From assembly GCA_030390025.1 (NCBI GenBank), contig CM059431.1, positions 120,220,001 to 120,284,000 on the forward strand: a stretch of DNA of 64,000 nucleotides, given 5' to 3'. Positions within the stretch are counted from its first letter, which is position 1, and every line of letters starts with the position of its first letter. The translations under genes and the position numbers were made by a program. Below the pieces are notes generated by a model. The model ran no database searches. It was not told the DNA's origin and saw only the letters and a program-made list of their open reading frames with translations. Shown piece after piece: positions 37,980-50,010 of the stretch. The DNA comes from Squalus acanthias. Lineage: Eukaryota.

Positions 37980-39199
37980 TAATCACTAAGGCAGAACGGG
38001 CAGCTTATCAGGATGAGGAACTGATTCAGCTATTAGAAACAATAAAAGAGAACCACCAGAATATCCACCAAAGTACTTTTACTCGGAAACCCTACGGGTA
38101 TTGTACTAGTTAAGTTGCCCAAGGGAAACCGAGAAGTACCCACGAACCACAAACGAGAACAGCTTGTAAAAGAAGCTCATGAGGGCATAAGTTAAGTACA
38201 TTGTGGTGCCAGAACAACATTCTGCAAATTGACTCTCTTATATTGGTGGCCAGGCATGCTTAGAGCCTGTAAAACAGACATGGCAAATTGTGAGCCATGC
38301 TATTCTACCAATAAGTCATCACTAAATTAAGCCACCACCATTGGCTCCTGTGAAAGCTGATGAGCCAATGGGAAAATTATTTATTGACTTTATTGGACCA
38401 CTTTCCCCATCTTTGCGATATAGACATGTTCTCGTTTGTGTGGATGGATGCATTTCCTTCTGCTGGCTGGTCCCCACAAAAACTGTTTTGGATAACGCAC
38501 TTGCCAGGGCTATTTCTGATATAATTACTGTAGCTGGTGCACCCAAAATCTTACACTCCACTAAAGGCGGAGCCTTTGTATCCAAGGTCTTCAAAGCCTA
38601 CTGTGAACAAAGGAGGATTGGGTTAGAGCACAGCACGCCACATCATCCGCAATCAGCAGGGCTGGTGGAATGTAAAAACCGGGAAGTAATAAAGCTATTG
38701 GTCAAACTGTTGAGAATCAGGGGGAATAAGTGGACCACCATCATTCCGGAAGTACAGCTATCACTCAATAATGTGCCCGCATCTGCATCAGGGACAGTGT
38801 CCCCTAAAACTCCATATTATCTGATGTATGGGGTTGAGATGCATACACCGCTTACCCATAGTTATTTTATTGCCCCTACACACTTTGAGTCCTTGACCCG
38901 ACAGCGACAGTTAGAGAAAAAAGTAACAGAGGAGATTCATTGAATTGATCAGAGGATAATGGAAGCAAATAGGTCGAAAAATTGACAAAAAAAGCATGGC
39001 AACCCATAGTAGAGAATGGATACAGGAAATGAAGTTCGAGCAGAAATCTGGTTTAAGACCGAAGTGGAAAAAACCTGTTCAAATACATTCTGTTATTAAT
39101 GAAAGTACAGTTCAAATACATGTTAACCAACTGAATGGCAAGCATATTCTTAAAACTGTCTCCATAGACAATATCAAAAGATGTCCTGCAGGATACTGA
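37980..39199 (+). pseudogene. pol: Pol integrase (NED, HHCC, core, CTD), frameshifted
   Basis: DEELIQLL..YPPKYFY; AH..H..YWWPGM..CEPC; KLFIDFIGPLSPS..STPHHPQSAGLVECKN; LRPKWKKP..KTVSIDNIK. All parallel PFV integrase. The second catalytic D appears lost (HSTKGG vs HSDQG). Confidence 0.92.
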
Positions 39200-39817
39200 A
39201 AAGGAGGACCAATACAAGGTGCAGTCGTATACTGTCTTTTAAGACCCAGCTTGGAGCACGACACAGGAAATGGATGCGATCGAATTACTGACGATGGGAA
39301 GTCAGAAGATGTCGTCGGCTCTTCTACACGTTGCTTGGCAACGCATCAGGATTTGGATTTGCGAAAAGCAACAACCAAAACAAGGAAAGATCAATAAATT
39401 ACTTTAACGAAGGAGGTAGACGTCGCGGAAGAAGAAGGAATCAACTGAGTGCCTGGCAAGACCTTTACGAAAACAAGCATCTGTACACACGCCGGATCGA
39501 AGGAAAAGCGTGTCAAGCTTCAACTAGTTTCAAATGACGTCTCCTTGACTCGTATGAAGAACTCACCTCTACAGAACGTACATCTGCCAATTGGACATTC
39601 TAAGTACATGTTGTTTCGCTCATTACATGACTATGTACTTATCATCCTTTTAAATTGTGTACAATTTAAAATAAGGCAAAACATTGTCCTAGGATGATTC
39701 AAAAGGAATTTTCATGTAGCACATGATTGTGCATCTCGTGAACTTAATATGCTATTGTAACTTTATGAGTATCATTGACCAAACTCTGCCCTGATGTTAT
39801 AAGCTCATCTTTTGGTC

Positions 39818-39827
39818 AAGAGGGGGG
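39818..39827 (+). promoter_or_regulatory. 3' polypurine tract
   Basis: AAGAGGGGGG directly abutting the TG of the 3' LTR. Confidence 0.85.
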
Positions 39828-41262
39828 TGTAATGGAATAAGCCATATTCCAAGAAATACATCATCCTATGAACAGATTTTGATATTATTAATACATGATA
39901 TACTGGGTTTAAAAGTCTGGAAAGCCTCGGCGACACAGGCTGCAAACACAATACAGGCTTCTGAGATAAGGTGAAGTGTTAACAAAAGCTGTAAAATACC
40001 ACAAGCTTTGAACTGGGAGATGGTTGTAAAGACAAAAACAATGCCCCTATTGAAGCAAACCATTGGCGCTTCCAGAAGGTCTGGAGTTTGGGAGAAACAC
40101 AATGGAATGACCCAAGTAAAGTGTTATAAGCTAACACTTCGAACAAGAAACACAGAACATTAAAACAACCAAAGAAACATCAAATAAGACAGGAAACATG
40201 ATTAAATATGCAACGAATTGAAATAGCTAAGAAAACAAGCAAACACCATAGATGAAGCATTTTTAATTTACAAGTTGTAAAATATACCTACAAAGAGGCT
40301 TTGAAGATATAATACCAATAGATGACACCAAGCAATTACATTGTGTTTGTATTGAACTTGGAACACCACGGAGTCACGATGTCTGGCTTACAAGCAGTTA
40401 AGTGATATTAAGAATTCAATAGAAAGATTTCCTAAGAATGGCATCAAATAGATAAATCGATAATAACCATAAAAATGATAAGTTTTTGAAACACCTAAAG
40501 TTGAGACAGAAATCTAAAAGTTGGCAGCTGAAATAACAGTAAGAATAGAAAAGAATTCAATAATGAATCACCAGAGATAATTAGCTTACATCAGCAGGAA
40601 ACTTCAAAGAAAATACCACTAAAAAAAGGTATAAAAATAGAGCTTTTCAGATAGAGAGTCAGAAGTCGCTGGAAGGGCAAGCGTTTCTCAACTTCACAGG
40701 CACGCTCTGTAAGTCTTTAACTCTGAGTCTCGGGTAATCAAGGTATTTGATTTTGGTGGATATTCTGGATTAAGAAATAAGTAGAAGTGTGGAAATGTAA
40801 CAAAGTTAAGATTTGAGAATAAGTATCTCTGACAAGAAATGTAAGCTATTTGTATTTTGAACGGTTTAAGTTGCAATTGACATAAAGCTGTTAACTAGAT
40901 GTTGGTTCTTTAATAAATTTATATATTTTTAAAATTGTCTCAAAGAGTATTTCTGTATCAATCTCGCAAACTCAATTTCTGTACACTCTTCAGGGAGGAG
41001 TTGCAGAATTCTGGGGGGTTTTCCGGACCCTCATAATATTCGAAAGGTTACAGTCTAGTTAAACTTGTTAAAAGTGCTATCCGGAGGACGGTAACATCTT
41101 CAGGCCATTTCTTTCCTTTAGGGAGAGGTAGTCTGACCTTTAGACACAATTAAGCATCTCTAGGATTCGGCTACCGCTAACTTTAGTTGAAGGTGAACGT
41201 CTGGGGAATACGCCTGATCTGGGGTAGCCCGAAAAGGGCTAGGACTTGTAATTATCCCTTCA
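39828..41262 (+). repeat. 3' LTR (1435 bp)
   Basis: Direct repeat of 34481-35928, 13 nt shorter overall. TATAAAA 40630, AATAAA 40912. Confidence 0.95.
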
Positions 41263-42639
41263 CTGGGAGGTAATTTTATGTACGAAACTGTGAGCATATT
41301 TATTGCCGGAGCGAATTGATACGGTAAATTGCGAGCATATTTATTGCCAGAGCGAATTAACAAACTGTGGGCACAGACATTGCCGAGAGCGAATCTATGT
41401 ACGCTTGAATTTTAAACTGTAGTGTGAATAAAGATAATTTTATATATAACAAACTTATCTGTCATTGTTACGCTTATTCGCAATTCTCGATGTCCAAACA
41501 GTAGTAAGAGAAAGTCCTACAATCTGGACCCTGTGCAGACTGATTTATGCTAGGCAAATGTGCCAGGGCCTGCTGATGTTGTTGGTGGAATCTTGGCAGG
41601 TGTGGTCAATTCAGTGTAAACTTGGTGTTTTTCACCCTGAAATGCCTCTTTAATGAAGTGCCACTGAAAAAAATATGACATACTATGATTGGGGTGCTTT
41701 CGAGGAAGGACTGCATCCAACATAATGGATAGTCAGGCATTCATACATCTTGTCCCTCATCTCCTGTGAACTGAAAGCAGCATCGGATTCGTGGGTCCAG
41801 CTTCCTTTGGGAGGGCCTTTCGTGGGCAGGACAATCGCACAACACAAAATTCACCGCTGTAAAAATGGCAACAGGTGCTTACGTGTCTGGTTGGGGACGC
41901 ATTCCCCATTTCTTTATTTTTAACCCCCTCCCGCCTCCCCCGACCTGCCCCTGCCCACCATGGGGGGGGTGGTGGGGGAGTTAATGTCAAGGCCAATATC
42001 ATTGAAGATCTTTGTATTAATGATTACATTTACTGATGTTAATTCAGCTCCATCAAAAGAGAAGAGAATGTCAAAGTGAATCAAAACTGTTCAGAAGTTT
42101 TGATTTTTTTTTCAAAGGTGTACTGATAAAATTACATATTTAAATAACATGTTAATGTTCATTTTTTCTAAAAAAAAAAGTAAGAATGAGAATGATTGCA
42201 AAACAAAATATGTCCTTTTCAAAAACAAATTGTTTGATTAACATCTACCTTTGATTGAATACTGTGTGTGTGTATGGAATGCAAGTCGTTCAAAATGTTA
42301 TATTTTAGTGCTGTGAAACTCATCAAAATGTTAATGTGTAATATCATTTTTGAAGGCAATCAGTATTATTGTTGGTTGTCTACAATATAATTGCTTCAAC
42401 CAAACTTCATGAGTGAATGGGAATTGTTCACTACTCTTTCCTACATCAGTTACAAACTAAGCCTGACCTTCCATTGTTCCAGGTGATATGAAGCTTTTCC
42501 TACATTTTAGTTAATGAGGGAGTGTGAAGCAGAGTCTTGGGTTTCAATTATAATCCTCCTCGCCCAGCGAGAATGGTGTGTGGTAGAAGATCAGGCCAAA
42601 TCCACTTACTGTCCTGAGGCCACACCGATCCCGCTCGGC

Positions 42640-43050
42640 GACAACAGCCTACATTTATATAACGCATTTGACAAAGCAAAACGTCCCAAGGACCTTAACA
42701 AGAACAATATCAATAAAAAAAATTTGACACCGAGCCACAGAAGGAGATTTCAGGACAAATGACAAAAGCTTGGTCAAAGAGGTAGGTTTTAAGGAGCATC
42801 TTAAAGGAGGAGAGAGAGGTAGAAAGGCAGAGAGGTTTAGGGAGGGAATTCCAGAGCGTAGGGCCAAGGCAGCTGAAGGCACGGCTATCAATGGTGGAGC
42901 GATTAAAATTGAGGATGCACAAGAGGCCAGAATTGGAGGAGTGCAGAGATCTCGAAGGCTTGTAAGAGTGAAGGAGGTTACTGAGATAGGGAGGGGTGAG
43001 GACATGGAGGGATTTGAAAACAAGGATGAGGATTTTACATTTGATTTTAA
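42640..43050 (-). mobile_element. L2 LINE 3' fragment
   Basis: KILILVFKSLHVLTPPYLSNLL..RAFSCLGPTLWNSLP..FKMLLKTYLF. Homologous to 33090-33490. Confidence 0.85.
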
Positions 43051-43834
43051 AACAACTTATCTTGACCGACTTTGAAGTAGGCTGAGGCACCAGCTGCAGG
43101 AAAGCGAGGGCCTAATTTAAATGTAATATTTGTGGCCCGATGACGTCATCAGTGCCGCAAAATAATTTTTACGAAATCTCAGGGGTAGGTCCGCCCGGTG
43201 TCAAAGCTGCCAAAGAAACCTGGCTGAGACAACAGAGCGGCTAGAAGAGTCCAAGTTAAGTAAAACTTTTGACTCTTCAGAGGAGCAGGAAGAAATCATC
43301 GGGCCTCTTTTGTCCCGGCTTTACCCACACCGGCATCTGTTTGTGACTCCCATCCACCAGCACTTACCTCATACCGTGGGGCCTGTTCCCTTAGGCCCCT
43401 GGTGGCGGACGGCTCCTGGCTCAATTCTCACTCCTCACCTGCTGGCCTTGACATCATTCTGGCCCTATGTCTGACCCTCGAAATGGGCATGACTGCCCAG
43501 GAGCTTTGAACTCCCGGGCTCCGTTTAAATTTCACAACACTGAAACTCGCCCAAAGCTGGTAGTTGCAGGCCTTTGCTGGGAACCGAAGGAAATGGTTCC
43601 CCGGCAAGGTAAGTGAGCAAGAGGGCTTCCGGGCTAATTGCGGTTTTGGAGGCCCAAGGTTTCTTTGTTGAGCCATGAGGAGCACGCTTAAAACTTAAAA
43701 AATGTAATTCTTACCTGGACCTCTTCTGATCCGATGCTGCTTGACAGCAGCTTTTCCTAGCAGTGTGGAGACTGATCGCCATTCGCACATCTTCGAGTTA
43801 AATTGGCATCGGGCTCCAAATGATGTAATCGGAG

Positions 43835-44080
43835 TAGGGTTGCCAAACCTCCAGGATTGTCCAGGAATTGAAGATTAATCTCTTGCACACCACTGTGAGC
43901 AAACCAGGAGAAAAATCATAGGAGCATTAAAAAAATATTGTGTACTTCTTTCTTATTTTTTGAACACTTTTGTTTATTGGTTATAAAAAATTTGGAGATA
44001 GTAAAAAAAAAGGCTGCTTGTCTGGGCACGGCATGTAATAAAACCTCCAGGAATATGTCCAACCAGAGTTGGCAACCCTA
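43835..44080. mobile_element. hAT-like MITE
   Basis: TIR TAGGGTTGCCAA / TTGGCAACCCTA. Degenerate 8-bp TSD aatcggag / cattggag. Confidence 0.7.
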
Positions 44081-45872
44081 CATTGGAGCCTGACTTTTCA
44101 ATATTTATGACTCCCCAACCTGCTTGCGTGAGCGGCCTCCACATTCCTGAAAAACCCGGGAGTTAAAACATCAGGGATGGGCGGGAATGTAGCGGCTTTC
44201 ACTCAGTCTTCATGTTAACTCCCTGCCCACACCGTTCCCACATTAAAACCACTTTGTGATATGAAACCCAATGTTCCCAGATAAGTCTGTTCTTTGATTT
44301 TGTGTTGAACAGGGTATTTGGAAGTCAATTTGCGATGGGACATGTCGGGCTGATTTTAACCCTTCTCGCCAACGGGTGCATCTATTTACCACTGTATTGA
44401 AACAATAAAAGTTCTATTTTTATGTTGAGAGCTGTGATCTAATTGTCTGATTTTATTCAAAATCCTAAGCATATTATTTTGAGTAGGTGCAATGGGGTAG
44501 ATTTTAACTTGGGATCGGTGTGTGGGGGGCTGGAAGTGGGCGGCACACCTAGAAGAAGTGAACCGAGCGAGGTCCGGCCGATTTTAATGACAAGGCCTCA
44601 ATTTAATATTGGACATCTGGCTCCCGCCTGAAGCCAGTGGGAATGCCGTCACGGCCGGTGGGTGGGAGCAGGAATTAGAGCGGGGTCCAGGCGCTGCAGG
44701 GGATCAAAGGGAACGGTCTCCGGCATAAGCTAAGTGCTGAGGGTGAGAGTGAGGTTCCTAAGCAAATGTCGGGGTGAGGAAGGAGAGGGATAGCAGGGAC
44801 GGGTGATTCAGTCAGGGGCTCAGCGGTGCATTCCTGCTCCTCCTGGCCCCCAAGTAATCTGCCTGAAGAGTAAACAATAGAGCTTACTTTGGCCTCTGCT
44901 GCCTCCTGCTGGGTTTCTCTGGAAGATTAGGCACTGGGTGGGCAGCCCCCCCTCCCCTCCCCCCCGAGATGCCATCAGGCCGCGACTGCTACATGTCAAT
45001 TGGGCACCGGTCTGTTGTGGTGGGAGCCTGGGCCAACTTGAAAGTCGACTCGGCCAATTTTAACCACTCCCACGTACCCTCCCTGCCCGATGGGGGGTGT
45101 GGGATGGGTTAATTTGATCATGGGTTTTGCAATTTGAGCTTTCGATAACAAGAAAAAAAATTATGTTTTTCTGAAATTAGAAGCCATTTCATGTTTAGCA
45201 CTGCTGAGAACAATTTGGAAATATTTTTAGAGCCTCTTCGTGACAAACGACTCTAGTTTGTTAGATAACATCAAAGATATTTCAGTCTGTCAGTATGAAG
45301 TGCCATTGTCCTGTCAATGAATTCAATCACTGTGAAATTCCATTGAAAGGCTGGAATTGCACGCTCTGTGCCTGAGCTAAAAACACCAATGCAATAGCTC
45401 ATTTCTTTCAGTCTCACATTCAACTGAAAAGATTTCAAATTAAACATTGATAAAATAGAAAGATTTTGCAATGAACCCAAACTACTTTTTAATTTGAAAA
45501 CTAAACCATGGTCCAGACTAATCAGAAGCAACCATTCCAGCCCTCAGAAGACTCTCTCAGTGAACACAGGATGTGTGCTCTCAAGCAGAAGGAGTTCAGT
45601 TCCCACTGCACTGCCTCTTAATGATCTTAGTTATGATGTCTCAAAACTTTATAATGTCACGCAGAGGTATTTCCCTGAGCATTGACATTGCTTTTGCTCA
45701 GTTTAGACCTTGCAATCCAAAAGCACTGAGGAGGTTTTACAAAGGAATCACTCTGATCATGCTCTTATAAAATGGTATTAAATATAAGTTTAAACATTGT
45801 TATTCTTATTTCAATGACTATAGGTGGAGACTTATTCTGATATAAGTAACTTCATTTGCAAGTGACACAATA

Positions 45873-46835
45873 GGGGGAATTTTAACTGGGAGCAGGTTTC
45901 AGAGTGGGCAGGGGACAGGATGGGCGTCAAATCCGCCCACGAGTATGAGGCCCAGTTGATTTTAACTCTCGGACCTCATTTGCATCTGATTGGTAGGCCG
46001 CCCACCTAATCATGTTGGCTCATGAGAAAAGTCACTGGTGTCACCTGTTGCATCCTGAAAGGAGCCCGTGGCATAAAGGTGAAGGGCCCCAGTGACTTTG
46101 ACAGCCGAAGGCAATGCTGCCCATGCCCTGGTACGAGGCTGGAGTTATAGCTGCAGCGGGTGACATAGCTCGGTGACAGCATCCTTGGTGAAGGCACCCG
46201 AGACATTGCCCCTGAGTAAAGTTAAAGTAGGAGCAGTGCTCCCTGAAGACCCTCTGTCGATACGGCCTCCTACACAGTGCCCGCCTCCTCCTCCCTCTTC
46301 TGGCAGCTGTTCCTGCTCTGCGGTGTTTTCCTTGTTGCTCCCCCTCATCCTGCAGCCCAGAAGGAAACCCCCTGAGACCACCCATGTCTGCAGCCAGACT
46401 ATTTGAGAAGCAGCCAAGAAAAGTTCAAGACCGGCTAAACCTTGTTCTGTTTAAACAAAGTGAGGGATAAAATGCACCAAAAAGGCCCAGAAGTTAACCA
46501 GCATCCTGAAATGACAAACCAGCAACTAACCTGTAAGTATTGCATGATCCCTTTAAATAGCGCTGGTGAGATGGACGAGTTCAGCAAATGGCGAGTAAAG
46601 CACTGGGGCATTTGAATATTAGAAACGTGCCCTGCAAGAAGTGCAGGACACTAATTTAATTTAATTATTCCTCCATTTAAATAATCCCAACATGCATTCC
46701 TGCCGCCATGCACCCAGCTGATCCAATATGGCGGGCAGTGCACTGTTGGCCAGAAATGTCCTGCCTGCCATATTGCGACCTTAGTCGGCTGGTTAGCATC
46801 TGAAAAACCGGTGCTGTGCGCCAAATTTCTAGGCC
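45873..46835 (-). mobile_element. Deleted Harbinger element with transposase 5' remnant
   Basis: RRRALCRRPYRQRVFREHCSY matches the transposase N-termini at 54830 and ~58220. TIR-like ends and TSD ATA. Confidence 0.7.
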
Positions 46836-47506
46836 ATACAGCCTATAACTGAATAGAACTGATTGAGGATGGATGTTCAGTAATTAATTCAGTCACTAAC
46901 CTTGCTTTCAGAGCAGCAACAACGCATCAAGAGCGATATCTGGAAGTTTCTTTGCATGGTAGCAAAACGTGTTTACATTGTAAAATTCAATTACATTTCT
47001 TGTTTACTCCAATGAAAATGTAATAAAATTTGGCTGATAGAACTCCAACCCTTGCAAAATTATCCCATTGTCAAGGACTAGGCTTTAGGAATGTGACTAG
47101 ATTGTTTAAATGAGGCAATAGTCATCTCCAGCATGAATCCTTGCTTACAAATAGGTTGGTTCTGAATGGTAAGTAGGCACAATAGCTCATCTCTGCTATT
47201 TCAAATATGGTGCCATTGCTCCTGCCGCTCAGAACATAGCAACACACCCATGAAACAGCGTAGTACCATGAAGAAGCTCGCTGGTCTGCCACAACTGTTC
47301 ATCTTGGTCTTCCACCAAGAACAACATGCAATGGCAAGGATAGAAAATTCATCCCAGTTTTTCGTCCAAGACTTTTTAGCTGCTGACTGGCTATCTCCCG
47401 TTTTACACTACTGCACAAAGTCAAGATCTACCCCAATGTCTTTCTGCACTTGCTGTTCATCTCTGACACTTTCCAGTTTGATGAAAGGTCATCGAACTGA
47501 AACGAT

Positions 47507-48204
47507 GGCCCCGATCTTGACTGGGGAGGGTTTTCTAAGTGGGGGGAGGAGGAGTTGTGGTCGGGTCTCCGCACGCAGGCTTGTCTCCCTGTAGGGCTAG
47601 GAACACTCTGAAGGAGGTTGCAGCCTAGGAGCAGGTAGGGAGCCTACTGCTGGGTTAGTGATAGCATTGGGGCGGGGGGGTGGGGGGAGAGCGGAGGGGG
47701 TCTGAATCATGGGGATAGGGTCCGATCCTTGGGGGGTTCTAATCCTTGGAGGGGTCTGATCCTGGGGGATGTCTGCGATTTTGGAGGGGTGGTCAGCGAT
47801 CCTGGAGGGGGGGGGGTCGACGACCTCGGTGGGGTGGGGAACAGGTTTGCTGGGAGGAAGCACTCTGCTCCTCCTGACCTACAAGCAGTGCTAGAAAGGC
47901 ATTTACTTATTCCATGCAGCAGTCATCGCCTCCCTTTGGCTGACGGATTTTCCGAGGCCTGGGAAATCTCCAGCCGCTGAAAGACAGATAAAATGTGAGA
48001 CACGCAGCCTCATTATAATATTTAAATAACCAATCCGCCTCCTGGGAGCAGGTTGGTCAACCCCTCCACCCCGCCCTGTCCTGCCTCCGGTGAAACCGGA
48101 AGTGGGTGGGTTTGAGGCGGGTTGGGTTCGGGTTTGAAATTTTTAACATTTTAACATCCCACCCGACTCAAACCCACCCGCTTTTAGTGGTTAAAATTCC
48201 CCCC
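47507..48204. mobile_element. Harbinger-type MITE (relative of 26116-26802)
   Basis: Shares the ggaggaagcact..gctcctcctg..acaagcagtgct core in reverse orientation. End aaaattcccccc, flanks gat/gtt. Confidence 0.6.
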
Positions 48205-49785
48205 GTTGTCTCTCCCTTCAGCACTAGAAAAAGCTACTAATGGGCGAGATGCCTTCTGAACCTTTGCAAATTTTTGTTAGCCTATTGTGACATCCTGTTT
48301 AATTGCTTAACACCATTTAAATGTTACTTGCATACAGTGTTCTGCTCCCACTCATATTATGTGCTTCGTGCACTTGTCCAAAGCTGCACTTTGAACTACA
48401 CGTAATTATGATAATACGCTGAACTCTGAAAGCTGGGTGCAAACAGAAAATTTCCATTTGAACCTGTCTAAAACTCATTTCTAACCATTCAGTTATAAAC
48501 TGTGCACATATTGGAAAATCTAGGCCGGTAACCCCTGCAAAATCACTCCCTTGTTAGTATTACCAAAGCACAGCTAGCTCTCAGTGTGGGTGGGCTTGGA
48601 AGTGACACAGAGACATTTCTGTGTATTAGCGGCCAAAGCTATTTTCCAAAAAGAATATTTGGATCAATTTCACTGGTTGGGCTTCTGCTCCCTGCTGTTG
48701 GGAACTGTTTCCTGGCGGCTGAACTTTGATTGCGAGGTTTTTTTTAAAATTGCTGACTGCTAATTTTGATTTCTGCTTGTTACTTGTTGATTGGTATATT
48801 CCGTCCCTGTTCAATTGTGCTTTGTTGCTGTTTTATCAACACATTTCACCTATTCAAGTACAAATGGGCCATAGAAAACTACATGGGATGCACAGCGTGA
48901 TGCCAAATGACCCATTAAAGACAATTATGCAAAGGTGAGCAACCGATGACCTGAAGTCCATTGGGCACCAAGTCCTCTTATTATCAGGTGCTGAGGCCTA
49001 AGGCCTGAAGGTTGATGGGAGCCTGCGCACAGATTGAGGTAGCAATGAGTCTGGGCCCAGACTCAGTTCATTTGAGCCAAGAATCGCCAGGAATTGATCC
49101 TCGGGCCTCTGCTGGCTCGGGTCGCGCCTCCCTAAGCAGCTCACCACATGGGAAGAGTTCATTTCAGGCCACCTGCCTCACTGGCAGCAGCCCTGAGGTA
49201 AGTTCTGGGTGGGGGGGTTGGAGTGGGCAGAGGGGAGGGAGCGATCACTAGGACTTTAGATTCGAGGGTAGTTGAAGAATTCTCATCGGTCACTAATTTT
49301 GCAGAGGAGTCCTTCAATAGGCATTAGGCCCCTCATTAACAGCTCTGAGGGGCCTAAGGCCTGTTTTAGGCACTCACCATAGATGCCTAAAAAAATTAGC
49401 AATGGGACTAACGGCTGTTCAGATTCTCACTGCTAAGCTAGTATGATTTGTGCCCGTTTTACGCACTAAAACACGGGCGCAACATATACTAATTTATACC
49501 TGATTGTGTGCAAGTCTTGTTATGACCAACAAAAAATGCATATTCAGGGTCCTCCTCATAATGTGAATAGTGCAGCTGAGCAGTGCTCCAGCGCACAATG
49601 CCCATTTGGAACAGATGCTGAAAGGGAGGTTTCAAATAATAATAACACATTAAAAATCGTGTCCTGGTATGCCTCCTGCTCCTGTGTCACCTGTGCCACC
49701 TCTGCTTAGTGTACCCCTGCCACTTCTGCCGGTGCATTACCTCTGCTAGAATGCATAATCACACCCTGTCCTTCCAGATATGTTA

Positions 49786-50010
49786 GCCATGGCTCAATGG
49801 TAGCAGTCAGAGTGAGAAGGTTGTGGGTTCAAGCCCCACTCCAGAGATTTGAACACAGAATCGTGGCTGACACTTCAGTGCTGCACTGTCAGGCATTATC
49901 TCTTGGATGATGTTAAACTGAGGCCCTGTCTGCCCTCTCAGTTGTTTGGTGAAGATCCCATGATACTATCAAAAGAGGAGCAGGGTATTTCTTCGGGTGT
50001 CTTGCCCAAC
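49786..50010 (+). mobile_element. SacSINE1-like SINE, partial
   Basis: agccatggctcaatggtagca..gaaggttgtgggttcaagccccactccagagatttga. Confidence 0.7.

Larger units (their letters stand above)
34481..41262 (+). mobile_element. Endogenous foamy-virus-like (spumaretroviral) provirus, internally deleted
   Basis: Paired LTRs, TSD CTGG (34477-80, 41263-66), Lys1,2-like PBS, PPT, and gag/pro/RNaseH/IN remnants with foamy-specific motifs. Confidence 0.92.
33743..41521 (+). mobile_element. Solo LTR (~993 bp once the provirus is removed), split by the foamy-like provirus
   Basis: TGTAAGA..TCCTACA termini and TSD ATCT (33739-42, 41522-25). ~43-bp tandem repeats at 33825-33965, TATAAA 34135, AATAAA 41427. 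An internal repeat unit is restored across the provirus. Confidence 0.8.

Noticed and set aside
39000..39040. Central PPT in integrase, as in foamy viruses
   Set aside because: The region is purine-rich but I found no copy of the 3' PPT at the expected position.
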